Shown: one piece after another, positions 1 through 12,300 of the stretch
How positions within the stretch are numbered: position 1 is the first letter of the stretch
Layout of the letters: each line of letters opens with the position of its first letter
Assembly: GCA_002633005.1 (NCBI GenBank)
Contig: NMRA01000175.1
Span: forward strand, 503,831 to 567,830
DNA: 64,000 nucleotides
Direction of reading: 5' to 3'
DNA from: Phoronis australis
Lineage: Eukaryota; Animalia; Phoronida
Position numbers and translations under genes: made by a program
Notes under the pieces: generated by a model
What the model saw: only the letters and a program-made list of their open reading frames with translations
Database searches by the model: none
Told to the model about the DNA's origin: nothing

Positions 1-185
1 AATCCAATAACAAAAATGAACTTGGCAATTATTTTAATATTTGAAATGAGCAACAGTTTTTGTCTGTTGATGACAGTTGCGAAGATGTAACTTGTCTTAT
101 TACGCGACTAATATCTCTGTACGTACCTGCGAGTTTCCGTGTTTATTCGGGATGAGTTGCGTTTAAAACCTTGTTTTCATACCAG

Positions 186-318
186 GACTCGTTAGAGCTG
201 TGGGGACTGGAAGCCATTTATGTCAGCATGTTTGAAGGTCACATCAAGGAGAAACACACGACACGAAGCGGCAAGTCGCACAAACAGATTTTGATGGAGG
301 TTAAGGAAAGAGCCAATG
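186..318 (+). CDS. GC exon, extracellular domain ([16 protein letters not shown]...EVKERAN)
   Basis: tttcataccag acceptor, open frame, G|gtaatt donor; phase 1 matches the next exon. Confidence 0.75.
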
Positions 319-3300
319 GTAATTAGAAACGTCGCACTTTAAATGGTATTTGCAGGTTACTAATAGGCGCGTACTTAGAGGGTGCACATGTAGTCCTATA
401 TGCTGGTTTGTGAAGCTGCGTCTATATCACGAAGTAGGACCAAGCGCTTATGTGCGAAACACATGAGCAAAAACCAAAGTGCAGCTTTTGAAATTGCGCG
501 TGGGTGTAGCTTGACTTTTCCGCTACAAATGACAGAAGCTGACGTATATTCAGCTAAGCATTTACTGCTTAAGTGGCAAATAGGATCAGATATAGCTATT
601 TAAGACACGTACGTGTATTGGAGAGCCACCTGCACACTTTAAGCGAAGCGTAGACGCATGCTCTAAACACTTGAGGAACTTTTTAAACAAGTATTTTTCT
701 GTTTGCAGGCACATGTAAGCCTAAAGTCATTCATATACTGTGAAGTGGTATGAAAGTTGTGTTTTCAGAAATAAATTTTGTGTCGAAACTGACCAGCCGC
801 AAATCGCTGCATTGTGGCAAGTCGGCACTGTAAGGTCTCGCGAGGTACGTCAAAAGGAAAAGGTCACCTTTTGACAGGCATTTTATAATTCCGCATTTAC
901 CCTTGTCCACGTAAAATGCTTCATTTAGTGAAGATCGTAAACGCGAAAAGTCACCAGTGAGTTAAATATCAGAGCATTCTCTCCAGGGAGTACACCGTTA
1001 GCATATCAATACTTCCGAATAATAATCTTATAGAAAGTTTTTTTCCAAATCCATGAGTAACTCAGAAACTCTTCATTCGAATCCTACTGTAACGAAAAGA
1101 AGCATGAACGACACATTTACGGATTACATGTATATCGCTTTAGCTTTGCTTGACGAGAAACTGGAAAACAGATATAACGAGAGAGCCAGGGTGCACCAAC
1201 AAAAATAATAACTAAACTAAAAAAGTCATGGAAAACAGTGTGTCAAACAGTAATAAATTGGTTCTACTTTATGTCTTACATAACAATTTAGAAGTGGCCG
1301 AATATTTGAAGGTTTTAGAATGTGAGGAATTTAGAAGGAATTCATCAAAACTCCGATGTTCAAACCATTTTTTTGAAATCGAACGTGGAAGACGGTCTGT
1401 TGATCGCGAGCTAAGAATTTGTCCATTCTGCAAAAATTCATTGTATATGAGATAGAAGATGAGTTTCATTTTTAACTCGGTGCTCGTCGTATCGCGAATT
1501 TAGGTAACTGCTTATCCCACAGTTGCATAACTGTAATTACTCTGACTATTTGAAGATCATGAGGTGTGTTCACTAGTCTTCCCTGAAAAGTTTAGCAATG
1601 TTTAAAAAGACAGCATTCCATATCAGAAGTCTTCTGTAAATACTCTCATGCGTCATATTTGTTTGTTTGTTGTGTGATGTACTATTGGACCGGCGGCCAT
1701 CTATGTACAAATATAAACACAGTAATGATAATTATTATTATTATCATCACCGTAAATACTATAATTATTCCCATTATTATAATTAATGATAAGATTATAA
1801 TTACCATCATTAAAATAGTTTTATTATTCATTATCATTATTACTTCCATCCAATACAGTGTTTTTCCTCTTGTGTTACCCGGGAGACGCTCGTGATTTCA
1901 TGATTCATGCGGCTGAGTTAAACATGTTGGACGGTCGCTATGCGTTCTTCACCACGGAGATGGTATACTCATCCTTCCAGGGGGTTCAGACGTGGCAGGG
2001 TGATGACGGGAAAGACGATCAGGCGCGATTGGCCTTAGAAGGTACGCTGTGCTAGTAGTGCTTTTCTTGGAGGGTGTACACAACTGATAGGCGCAGATTT
2101 ATCACATCCATTCGAGTCTTTTCAAACGTACAGGTTTAATGAAAATAATCTCCTCTCGAACTCCAGGAATAAAGATGCCCGTATTTGCTTTTGCAATAAT
2201 TGAAATTATGACGTGCATTGTCTGTTCGCCAATGGTTTCGTTTCGCGTGACTTCAACACACACGTTGTTTTTACTGAGAGGCAATATCGTTATTGATAAA
2301 AATTTCTCAATAGCGAAATGTGATTAGAGAGTGTTAGAAATGAAGGCGAACGTCTTAGAAAGGTCAATTATTGAAGTAGTGTAAATATTCAATGACTGTG
2401 TTTGTTTTTAAATGTGCAGACTACCTGCCCATTAAGCGAGTTACGGTTATAGTGGTTTATAGAAGAGACGTGACGTCAGAGCACAGATTTACACAAAAAC
2501 GCTGTTTTTACGGCTTATTGTTGGTGAAAAACGGCCTGCCGTGCCTGCTATTGGGCTCGCCAGACAAACTATCGGAAATAATAACATTTATCCACCGGAA
2601 GTATCACTGGGCTTCTGTTACTTTCAATAAATCTGCAAAGTGTAAATTTTGATACCTTAGGTACAATAGACATCACCGTCTATCAGCCGAGAGAGCAAGG
2701 AAGCTACGCAAATTTCATTGCCGAAGTCAAGCGGCGTATGTCCGATGAACCTTTGAACTTGCCGTTTCCAACTGGAGAGGGCGTAAGTCACCAATTTGAT
2801 GAAATGCTGAAATTACCGTCTTGAGAGGATTCATGAGGACTTTTCTATGTAAACTAATCACGCCAACGTGTAAAAAGAATTTTTCCCCTCAACAGGCAGT
2901 CTACCATATGAAATTTAAGGTAATGGAACACTTAATTCCTTACGTTTCCTTACTCAAAATCGTTTTTAGAGTTTTCTAAATTATCGCTTCGTTTTCTATC
3001 GATGCAATATTTTATTTTCATTTTACAGCAAATAAAAAACTCTTATATAGCCCCATGCAAAAGAGGAGCTTTTTACAAAAGATTACTCAAGGAGTCGTTG
3101 GAGAACAATACATACAGTATAGTATGTGAATGCTTCAACTGAATCCGATGAATCTGAGAGGTTCCGAAGTTAACCAGATTTGGCCATTTCTCTAAGGTCC
3201 TACGTTACCTTAACTAAGGAGATTCCAAGCGCACTTCTTGACTAATTTTGCACTAGAGTACCATTAGAAAACAGTTGTGATAAATGACTGCATACAAATG

Positions 3301-6300
3301 AAGTTGAACCGGATTCATTGACCAATTACTGCCACATTCAAGTCTCTGTCTAAAACAAGATGGAGGAGAACAATATCGACATAATACCTCCACTGGTGAA
3401 AATGCCCGTGTTCTGGATTCTCATTTTTCTAGACAGACAGTCATGCCCCGTTACTGTACGACGCGGTGATGTTATATGCTGTCGCTCTCAACAAAACAAT
3501 AGCCGAAGTCGGTGACGTAGAGAACGGAACGGAAGTTAGTAAACGCCTCTTCAACATTACATACCCAGGTAAGGAGAATTAGAACTCACTACAATTTTCA
3601 ATTACTAAGATTTGCATTAGTGACTAATTTCTGAGTTCCTAATTTTTACCGGTTTTATGTTTTCTGCTTTATTAGTGCAGTTCTCGGAACATACGACTTT
3701 ATTGGGCTTATGAATCCGTATATCAAAATTGGTCACAGCTTCACCAAACGATACTGACGTTACCACACCCAGTGTGTTAATTTGTGGCTGTTGTATTTGT
3801 GGAATTTTGTTGAAGAAATTGAGATTTCATTGGGGAGGGGAAACGTGACGAAATTAGGGACCAGAAGATTCAATGGGGGTCTTGAAGTCACGGTCTGTTA
3901 CTTCACACACACGCACAAGCACACGCATACGCACACACACACTCTCACTACTGGTGACCGCTCGTATACATGAGACATGTAAACATGCCCTTCGGCTTCG
4001 GCTTACCCCTCGGTTATCCCTTAGGCTATGATTACGTCCATCGAAAAAGCAACGCATTGGCATTCGCACAGATAATCCTAAAAATTCCTCCTCGCTGATT
4101 CTATAGACATATTTTTTCACTCGATCGTTTATGCCATGCTTTGAACTTTGCTTTCATGAGAAATTGTACCGAAAGTCAGGTTTTCTAGTGATGCACCCCA
4201 ATAGCCAGTTGTCATAGTATCCCACACATTACCACGTCTTCCTTATAGTACTGAATAGCCGACTATCTTATGACAGAGTTGACGTAACAACTCACTCAAA
4301 TCCATGAGGACTCATCAGGTGAAAACAAAAATGGTCAAAAGACGAGAGATTTCCCAGGGTAACCTTGAAAAGTTATAGTTTGCGAGAAAAAAATCAACGG
4401 AAGGCAGTAGGTATATGTGTGGGTATCATTTTTTTTTTCTATATCATGTAAGTTTCACGAAAACGTGAGATGAATAAATAAACACAAAGGTTCATTCAAA
4501 ACCCGTACTATCTTGTTAGCATGTTTGACCGCAAACGCATTCTGGGAACAAGTGAGTCATATTTTCTATGCAGGAATTTATGGCAAGGATGTGGAAATTG
4601 ACAAGAACGGCAACAGGTTCCCGAATTATTTGCTAAAGAACGTCGTAAACGGCTACTTTGTGGAGGTCGGCCTCTACAACGTATCGTGAGTGAACGCATG
4701 TCCTTTTCAATTTGTCCGTGAGCATTTTCAACTACCGTTTTACTTGATTCACTTCAGAGGTCTGACCAGTGCATAACTCACCAAGCAATGGCGACTATTA
4801 CACGTACCTCTATTACCTTTTGCCCCATGTATGTGCCTAGTCCTAGAGGTGTTAGTACTACTATGTTATGTCGAAACTTCATGTTGGTGACTATTATATT
4901 GCCTTCAACCCGATGAAGGAAAATCTATGCACAACAAAAATGTTATTTTCGCTTAGTGTCGCCTACCGCTCGGCTTTAGAGAAACTTTATGTCCAGATAT
5001 CCATCACATGTGGCTTAAATTCTATCATGCAGCCTAGCTCATAATCGTATCGACGATGAAGTTTCGGTAAAGAGAAAAGCACCCTTGCAGATAAGCCGAA
5101 CTAAATATTCTACAATTTTGTGAACAAGCCTTTGCAAAGCACTAACGATGTTGTGTTCCTTCTGTTTGGATTCATAGCTTCAATAAAATGGAAAACGTAT
5201 GGATTAGTTTTCTTATTTTATTGCCAATTTTCTGAACTTAATGTGCTTTCGGCTTTTTTACTAATAGTCACTGGACCCTGAACTGTAGGACCTCTAGAAA
5301 GGGTTTTGTGAGTACTTTTGCCTGTCACTTTTATGTTGACGTTTCCAACTCATTCATAGGTGTACTTTTCAAATCTAAAATATTCCCAATTTTAAACCTG
5401 CACAATTTTATGTAATTTGCCAACGTGTTTAGTGAAAAATGATAGAGTTGAACTGGTGTTTAGCCTCTTCAGTCAATTTCCAAGTCTTTTAAAGAGAAGT
5501 CAAGTTGAAGATGAATGACGAACTGATAGTCTGGTCTGGTGGACGTCGAACACCACCTACCGGTCGACCCAAATGTGGCTGGTATGGAGAACTGTGCGAA
5601 ACTAAGCATAGCAACGTGGGTAGGTTGTTGAATTGAAGTCCAAACAAAACTTCTTTAAGGTTAAAAGGAAATCGCAAACGTCAAAGACAGATAATTTAAC
5701 TTTTCGGCCACAAATAATCCCACTGAAGCAATTCAGTACACAGTTTGACCATGGTAATTTGGATCGTTAACTTCCTGTAGAAAAAAACAAAGGATCCCAC
5801 TCATAAACATGAACCAAAACAGTGGTTTACAGAAATGTTGCTGCGTGGGGCTTAAAATTATCCACACTTTTAACAGGATGAGCAGTTGCAAAGACTGGCA
5901 ACTACTGTGCCACAAAATATTAAAACACCCGGCCGCACTCAAACCACCTCTTCATCAGCAGTAAGCAATTTTCGAAATAACTGGAGGCGAAAACCATCCA
6001 CGCTCATTTGCCTTTCGATCTAATGTTCCAAATATCGGTACGTTCAACAGAACATCAAGTAACTGGCTGGGCCATAATTTTTGTGTTCGTTTTATCATTA
6101 ACTTTTAACGAGTTAAAAATCAAACAATGACCAATTTTATTGTTACCAATATGCTTGTTTTTCAGATATGATCGTTTCAATATCAGTGGTGTCGCTTTTT
6201 GTTGTTGTCTGTATAACAGTGGCGTCTGTCTTGTGCACACGGTAAGAGTTACAACAAATGACATAAAAATTGCATTTGACGATTGATCCTAAAAATCGCC

Positions 6301-9300
6301 TTAGACATTCACGAATCGTTCTCATTGCTGCTCGCTTAATATAAAATATATATGGTCCGCAACTGCAGGTTTACGTTTTTAGTTATTGGTGCTTTGTGCA
6401 GGCCCAAGTTGTCACCATTTTGAAGCTGTGACAATTTGGGAGGTTGTGAGAATTTGAGCCTGCGCAGTACTTCCATACAATGTCCATAGCATAGCTAGGC
6501 AGCGGAAGCTATGAGACTGTAGGGGTAAGAGGACGGACCGCCCCGACCCGACACTAAAATTGAATAGCTCCGAGTGTGGAATGAAATTGGTGGCAATTGG
6601 GTATGTACAAATTTTGACCGGTGGTGGCGTGAAAGTTGTGACTACCGGGGGAAGGGGCATTGTTATCATTAACCCAGGAACGCAGTAATTTCAACTACGT
6701 CACTGATTACGTCAGGGCGAGGAAGAAGAACATGTACAGCATGAACTGGAAAATAAACTGGGCCGACATCCAAGTGATGAATACAGTGAAGAAATTCACC
6801 AACGAAACTGCTCAGGAGGCTAAATGGCATGGAAAGGCGTGCAAAGGACAGAGGTTCTTGGTAGGTTACACGATTATTGTAAATGTGCATTGGAAGGCGT
6901 GCAAGAGACCGAGGTTCTTGAAAAGTATTAAATTACTGTGACTAAGTATGTAAAAGTGTCCAATAGACAAGGGTTTCTGGTCGGTAGATCATTAATGTAA
7001 AGGTACATAGGAAAGCGTCCGAAGGACTGAGCTTTGATAGCCACTTAATCAGTATGAATAGGAACAGGAAGATGTTTTTGGAACAGAGGGTACCGAGTTA
7101 GTTTGATGTCCACGTTCAAAGGCGTCCAATTTGACAAAGGTTTTGGAAGGTCCTTTACTAGTGAAAATAGGCGCGGGACCTTCTTCAAGGACAGGACAGA
7201 CGATATGTCCAAGAACGACCCTGGTGCACTCGGTGGTGTAGTGTTCGCCAACGCGTTCAACTCCACGCGTGTGAAATTACGTGCCAGAATGGTGAGAGAT
7301 CGGTGACATGAATGAAAGGCATTGATGATATTCCTGCTCGAACAAAGTCGCATTTCGTAAACTCAAAGTGTTCGCGAGACTCTTACAGCGAAAAATCTTG
7401 TTTATGGAAACTGTAAATTCGATTCCATAATTCAACATTCCATCGTTGCCGATCAATCGCTTCTTTGGTTGCCATTTTGCTAGTGTGCGAAGATAAAATC
7501 CCAACTTATTTACAAAGTATTCGCATTTAACGGTGTGAGTTGCTTGGTCTTGCGTGACCTCGCAAAATTCGCGAGTGTTTTGCGTCTACGGAAAGCGCCT
7601 CAGTTCTCGCTGTACGTCTTGCATATTTCCAAACTCTTGATTTATGGATTATTTTTACAGAAAAATGATGATTTCGGCGCCAACCTTAGTCTGTCCTCTG
7701 GCGACACCATTGCAGACGAGAACAGCAAAGAAAAAACTACATCCAACATGAAAGAAGTGTTCACGTCCGTCGGTCAGTATAACGGTCAACTGGTGGCACT
7801 GCGGAAGGTCAACAAACCCTATCTATATGTAACGAATGACATCATTTCTGAGATTAATTTGGTACGTTACATATGTCATCTTACTTTTCAATCCATTCTT
7901 ACAGCTACTTTAAAGATGCTTCTATTAAGATTTTTGTTACTTGAGGAGAAACGTAATCTTGTAAAATTTGTGCTTTTGAAAAACTAATGCAAACACACCA
8001 TCACCTATGAATTTAGATAGTTGAAACGGATATATCGTTTCCTAAACTCCAAAAATCAGACAGTTTGTAGTGGTACACCAGTTCACATTGTGGTAAATAG
8101 CGCTGTTCCTGCTATAAATTGTTAGCCCAGGCCACTGAAAAAACATTTGATTGCCCGCAGGTTCGTTCTATTTGTCACCCAAACATCAATACATTCATTG
8201 GCGCCTGCATCGAACCTGAGCACCTTTGCCTGGTCACTATCTATTGCACGAAAGGAAGTTTGGGTAATGTTCTGGAAAACGAAAACATCAAAATTGACTT
8301 CACGTTCCAGATGTCGTTTCTCAACGATATCGTCAAGGTAAGAATGCCTCCTAATTGCGTGTAAGATTGCTGATACTGCCTACCCAGTGTTAAAATGATA
8401 CTGAACCCTGTTTTTGTGATTTCAGTCAATGCCTCGTTCGACCACCTGCTAATGCATCGCCGGCGTCCCACATGAGCGATAAAAGCAGAATTCAAATAAA
8501 AATTCCAACTCTCTCAGTCACAAATTGGATATTATGGCTCTTAGTGAGTGGCCGTCTCTACAGTTCTTGTATAACTTGCCTAAAGCGTGGGTCACGCTTT
8601 CCCGTTTAGCAGACCTTGTAAGGAGTTTACAAATTTTGCCCCAAACTTTTGAGGGTTGTCGAGGATTACAAAGTAATATTTTGTTTCAGTAAATTGGATG
8701 TGAAAGTCGTTTTCAATATCTGTCGATAGGCCAAAACCGGGATTGGCATCCCTTTATTTAGATGAAGCCAGAATCGGAAATTTTATGTTGGCGTTAGTGA
8801 ATGTTGCCGTTTTAGCAATCAACTTACTCCATTTTAGTCTTTTATTTTCTTCAGGGATGTAGCCGTCAAACTTCACTCCCAACTCGACTCGAAAATTGTC
8901 AAATCGCTTCCCTCCTTTCAAGTATTTTTTTGCGATTTCACGCGATGTGATTGGTCAATTTCCTTCTAGTCTAATCTTGAGTAAAGTTTGATGGTCACGG
9001 GCCCAAGTGTAGGATTACTTTGCAGGGCATGCGATACATCCAGACGTCTGAGCTGAAATCTCACGGCAAACTAAGCTCAAATAATGTACTGGTGGATAGT
9101 CGGTGGACTTGTAAGATAGCCGGACTGGGTCTTCATCGTTTTCTGGAGGGAGAACGGGAGGAAGAAGGAGAAGCGGCTGTCTTCTTTAGTAAGTTTGTAG
9201 ATTTCTGCGAAGCATTCGTTGTCATTAATCACGGCTGTAAATTTGTCCTATGTTGCCCTGAAACCGTGTTTCGTGAATTGCCTGTCGAATGCGTCTACTT

Positions 9301-12300
9301 GTTTAAAATAACTACAAGGCAAAGCCGCGATAGGGTCTACAGCAAATGTTCTGGGGTCAAAAACAGATTTTATCATTAGGCGTATGAGGTATTGCAAAGG
9401 AACGTCGACGAGTTCTAATCCCTCAAATTGTCGTTACGGTCATACCGCTTCGGCGGCTGAAACTCACGTTGATAGTAAAACAACGAATTGTCAAGTGTTC
9501 TCAGGCCGAGAACTCTTTTCTTATCTGAAAAGGGGAGAGTAGATTAGTCCGATCAAAACTTATTTTTTTGTTAGAAAGCATGGATTTATAGCACATTTAT
9601 GTCGATAACTTGTAACTTCGGTGCTTAACAACTGAAATTTATAGACGCTGAGGTTGGCCAGTAGTGAAATATATCAAATAAACACAGAAAAATCAGGAAC
9701 CCCAACTGGGAATCGAACCACAGGTCTCTAAATTGCCGGTCTAGTGCGCTCACCTCTGAGCTACTGAGGACCCGACACCTGGGCCCGGNNNNNNNNNATA
9801 CCGAAATAAGGGCAGCACAAACTTCTCACACGACTTTTCCCACAACTGCTTTCGACGCTTGTTATGACTCGCCGACAAGGGATTACAATGCGCCTGTTGC
9901 CAGGAATTGTAGAGGTAGAATGGCGGCCATAACATACAGCGATACGGCGGGTTAATAAGGTGAAGAATAAGAAGATTTAAGATGAAAACTATTATCTCTG
10001 AACTGAAATTGAAGTGCTGAGATACGGTAAGAGGACTTATTTTTTAGATTTGCTGTGTTTCTTGGTTCCCTTTCGATATTTTGTTCTCTGGTTCGTATTT
10101 ATTTTCGAGTACGATTTCAAGCACACTGCTATACCAAACTTGAAATTTGAGCATAGACTCCGAATTTTTACTCAAAATCGTACTCGAAATATAGATGAGA
10201 TAGACTTCAGTTCGAGTACACTCGAAAACTGAGTACGTGCTCGAAATTTCGATTACAGATTTTTCGAGTATGACATTGAATACACCAAAGCTGAGTCTGT
10301 ACTCGAGTTGAGTATGAAGTGTGAGTTTGAGCATGATTCGAGTCTGAGTACGGAGATTGGAGACCGGGCCCTGTGCAATTACTGTTTACAGCCAACTGTT
10401 AAATCATATATCCCTTGAGCGGCGTATAGCCTTTTTCACACGGGATTTAGACAATTATTTTTCTGTGTTTATTTGATATATTTCACTACTGGCCAACCCT
10501 ACTATATCTAATTAACACATATTGGTAAATTGATGATTGTTTATATAATTGCCTAAATTCCGTGTGAAAAAGGCGATACGCCGCTCTTGGGATGTATGAC
10601 TTAACAGTTGGCTGTAAACAGTAATTGCACAGATATCGGCTCCTGTGTAGCTCAGTGGTGAGAGCACGAGACCGGCAATCTAGAGACTTGTGGTTCGATT
10701 CCCAGTTGGGGTTCCTGATTTTTCTGTTTGAAATTTCTTTGAGTGTCTGTCTTCAAAATACAATCCTGATTTGCGTTTGGCAGAAAAACTGTGGACTGCT
10801 CCTGAACTGCTTCGTCAAAACAATGCTCGACCGGAAGGGAGTGCAAGAGGCGATGTTTATTCTTTTGGTATAATAGTCCATGAAGTGTTTGAGAAAAATG
10901 GTCCGTTTGGTTCACCACGGATCAGACCCGGAGGTAAACACCTGTTTTCAATTTCCTCAGTTTTCCTTTAACTTGTAGTTTATTGCTAAGCAATTAACCT
11001 TTACCCTCGGCTTCGATTAAAACTTACTGAGAATTGAGTAACGTTTTATTTTAAACAAAATTGGATTAACGAGTTTGTTTACATTTTGTCTTCCGATTAT
11101 GCGTTGTACGAGTCGCGCTGGAAATCAGTGAATCCACAGAGCCCTTATGCATGAGCAGCGTGAAGAATTTTTTTTAGAAAAATTTAAATGTGGTATTTCA
11201 TAATTTTAGAAATTGTCGAACGCGTTAAGTACGGCGAACACCCTCCTTTTCGTCCGCTCGTCCATTCGGCTGATCTATCGCCCGATATTACAGAGTTGAT
11301 GGCAGGATGCTGGGAAGAAAACCCTAGCTTAAGGCCCACATTTTCAGGAATACGGGATAAACTGAAAGCACTCACGAAGGGCAAGTAAGTGCTGAAAAGC
11401 AAATGTTTCATTTAATCTTTAAAATAGTGCAAGAGACAATAAAGGCCCGCTCCTTCGAAGAAACCAATTTTGATTTAGACCATTTTCCGTTACAAAATTG
11501 GTCTCAACTTATTCCTTACTCCGATGAAAAAATGATTTTTGGTCTTGCAATGAACTAGCAGTTCAGTTATTCCTCGAGACCGTGCTCGGCAAATAAAACG
11601 CCGTGACAAGTCAACTTGAAGAGCTTGATGTCGAGTGACAACGAACTGACAATGAGTTCTTTCCGAGGCCAGGAATCGCACCGAATTGGACTATAGAACA
11701 ATGTAAGTCCAATGCAACGTCGGTAAGTGCTACAAATCCTAAATTATTATTGTTTTATGACAGATGGCTTGTCTGTAGTCGCTTTAATGTAAGCTTCTGT
11801 AAGTTGTACTCGTATTCTGCAAACCTACACTTTGTACCATTTCTGTGCGTCTCAGAACATCACCGGTTATTTGAACTAAAATGAACAAGACTGGGCTAAA
11901 ACAGTTTTGGTATTGTTGTGTTTTTATTTGAAAGTTAAAGCGCAATTTTACTCCCGAAGAATTGATTTTATGCTCGGGTACTATCAAACATGAGTATGAC
12001 ATGGACGGCGTCAAATTAACTTTCTGTAGGCAAATCAACGTGGTTGATCAGATGATTCATATGATGGAGCAGTATGCTAACCACCTCGAGGAGCTTATTG
12101 AAGAACGAGCGGTCAGGTTGATTGAAGAGCAGACGAAGGTGGAGGATCTTCTGTGTCGTCTGCTGCCAAAGTAAGCAGTGCCTACTACGGACTTTGTTCT
12201 TTACAATTTTACAATGCTAACGCCAAATAAGCATTTCTTGAAAACATTTAAAATTAATTGTTTCTATGGCTTTTTATTCGGCCATAATTCAGGAATGCCT

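Noticed and set aside
1659-1895. Hydrophobic poly-Ile ORF (and the poly-Val start of ORF 17867..18085)
   Set aside because: Derived from (ATT)n and (GGT)n microsatellites abutting real exons.
9445-9456. ccgc-ttcg-gcgg hairpin as a terminator or structured RNA
   Set aside because: Only a 4-bp stem with no U-tract, and intrinsic terminators are irrelevant in this eukaryotic intron.
10637-10715. Functional tRNA gene (also 9695-9775, 40037-40110, 41500-41570, 48830-48890)
   Set aside because: A and B boxes are present, but I could not form a proper acceptor stem and the sequences are embedded in repeated flanks; they are tRNA-derived repeats.
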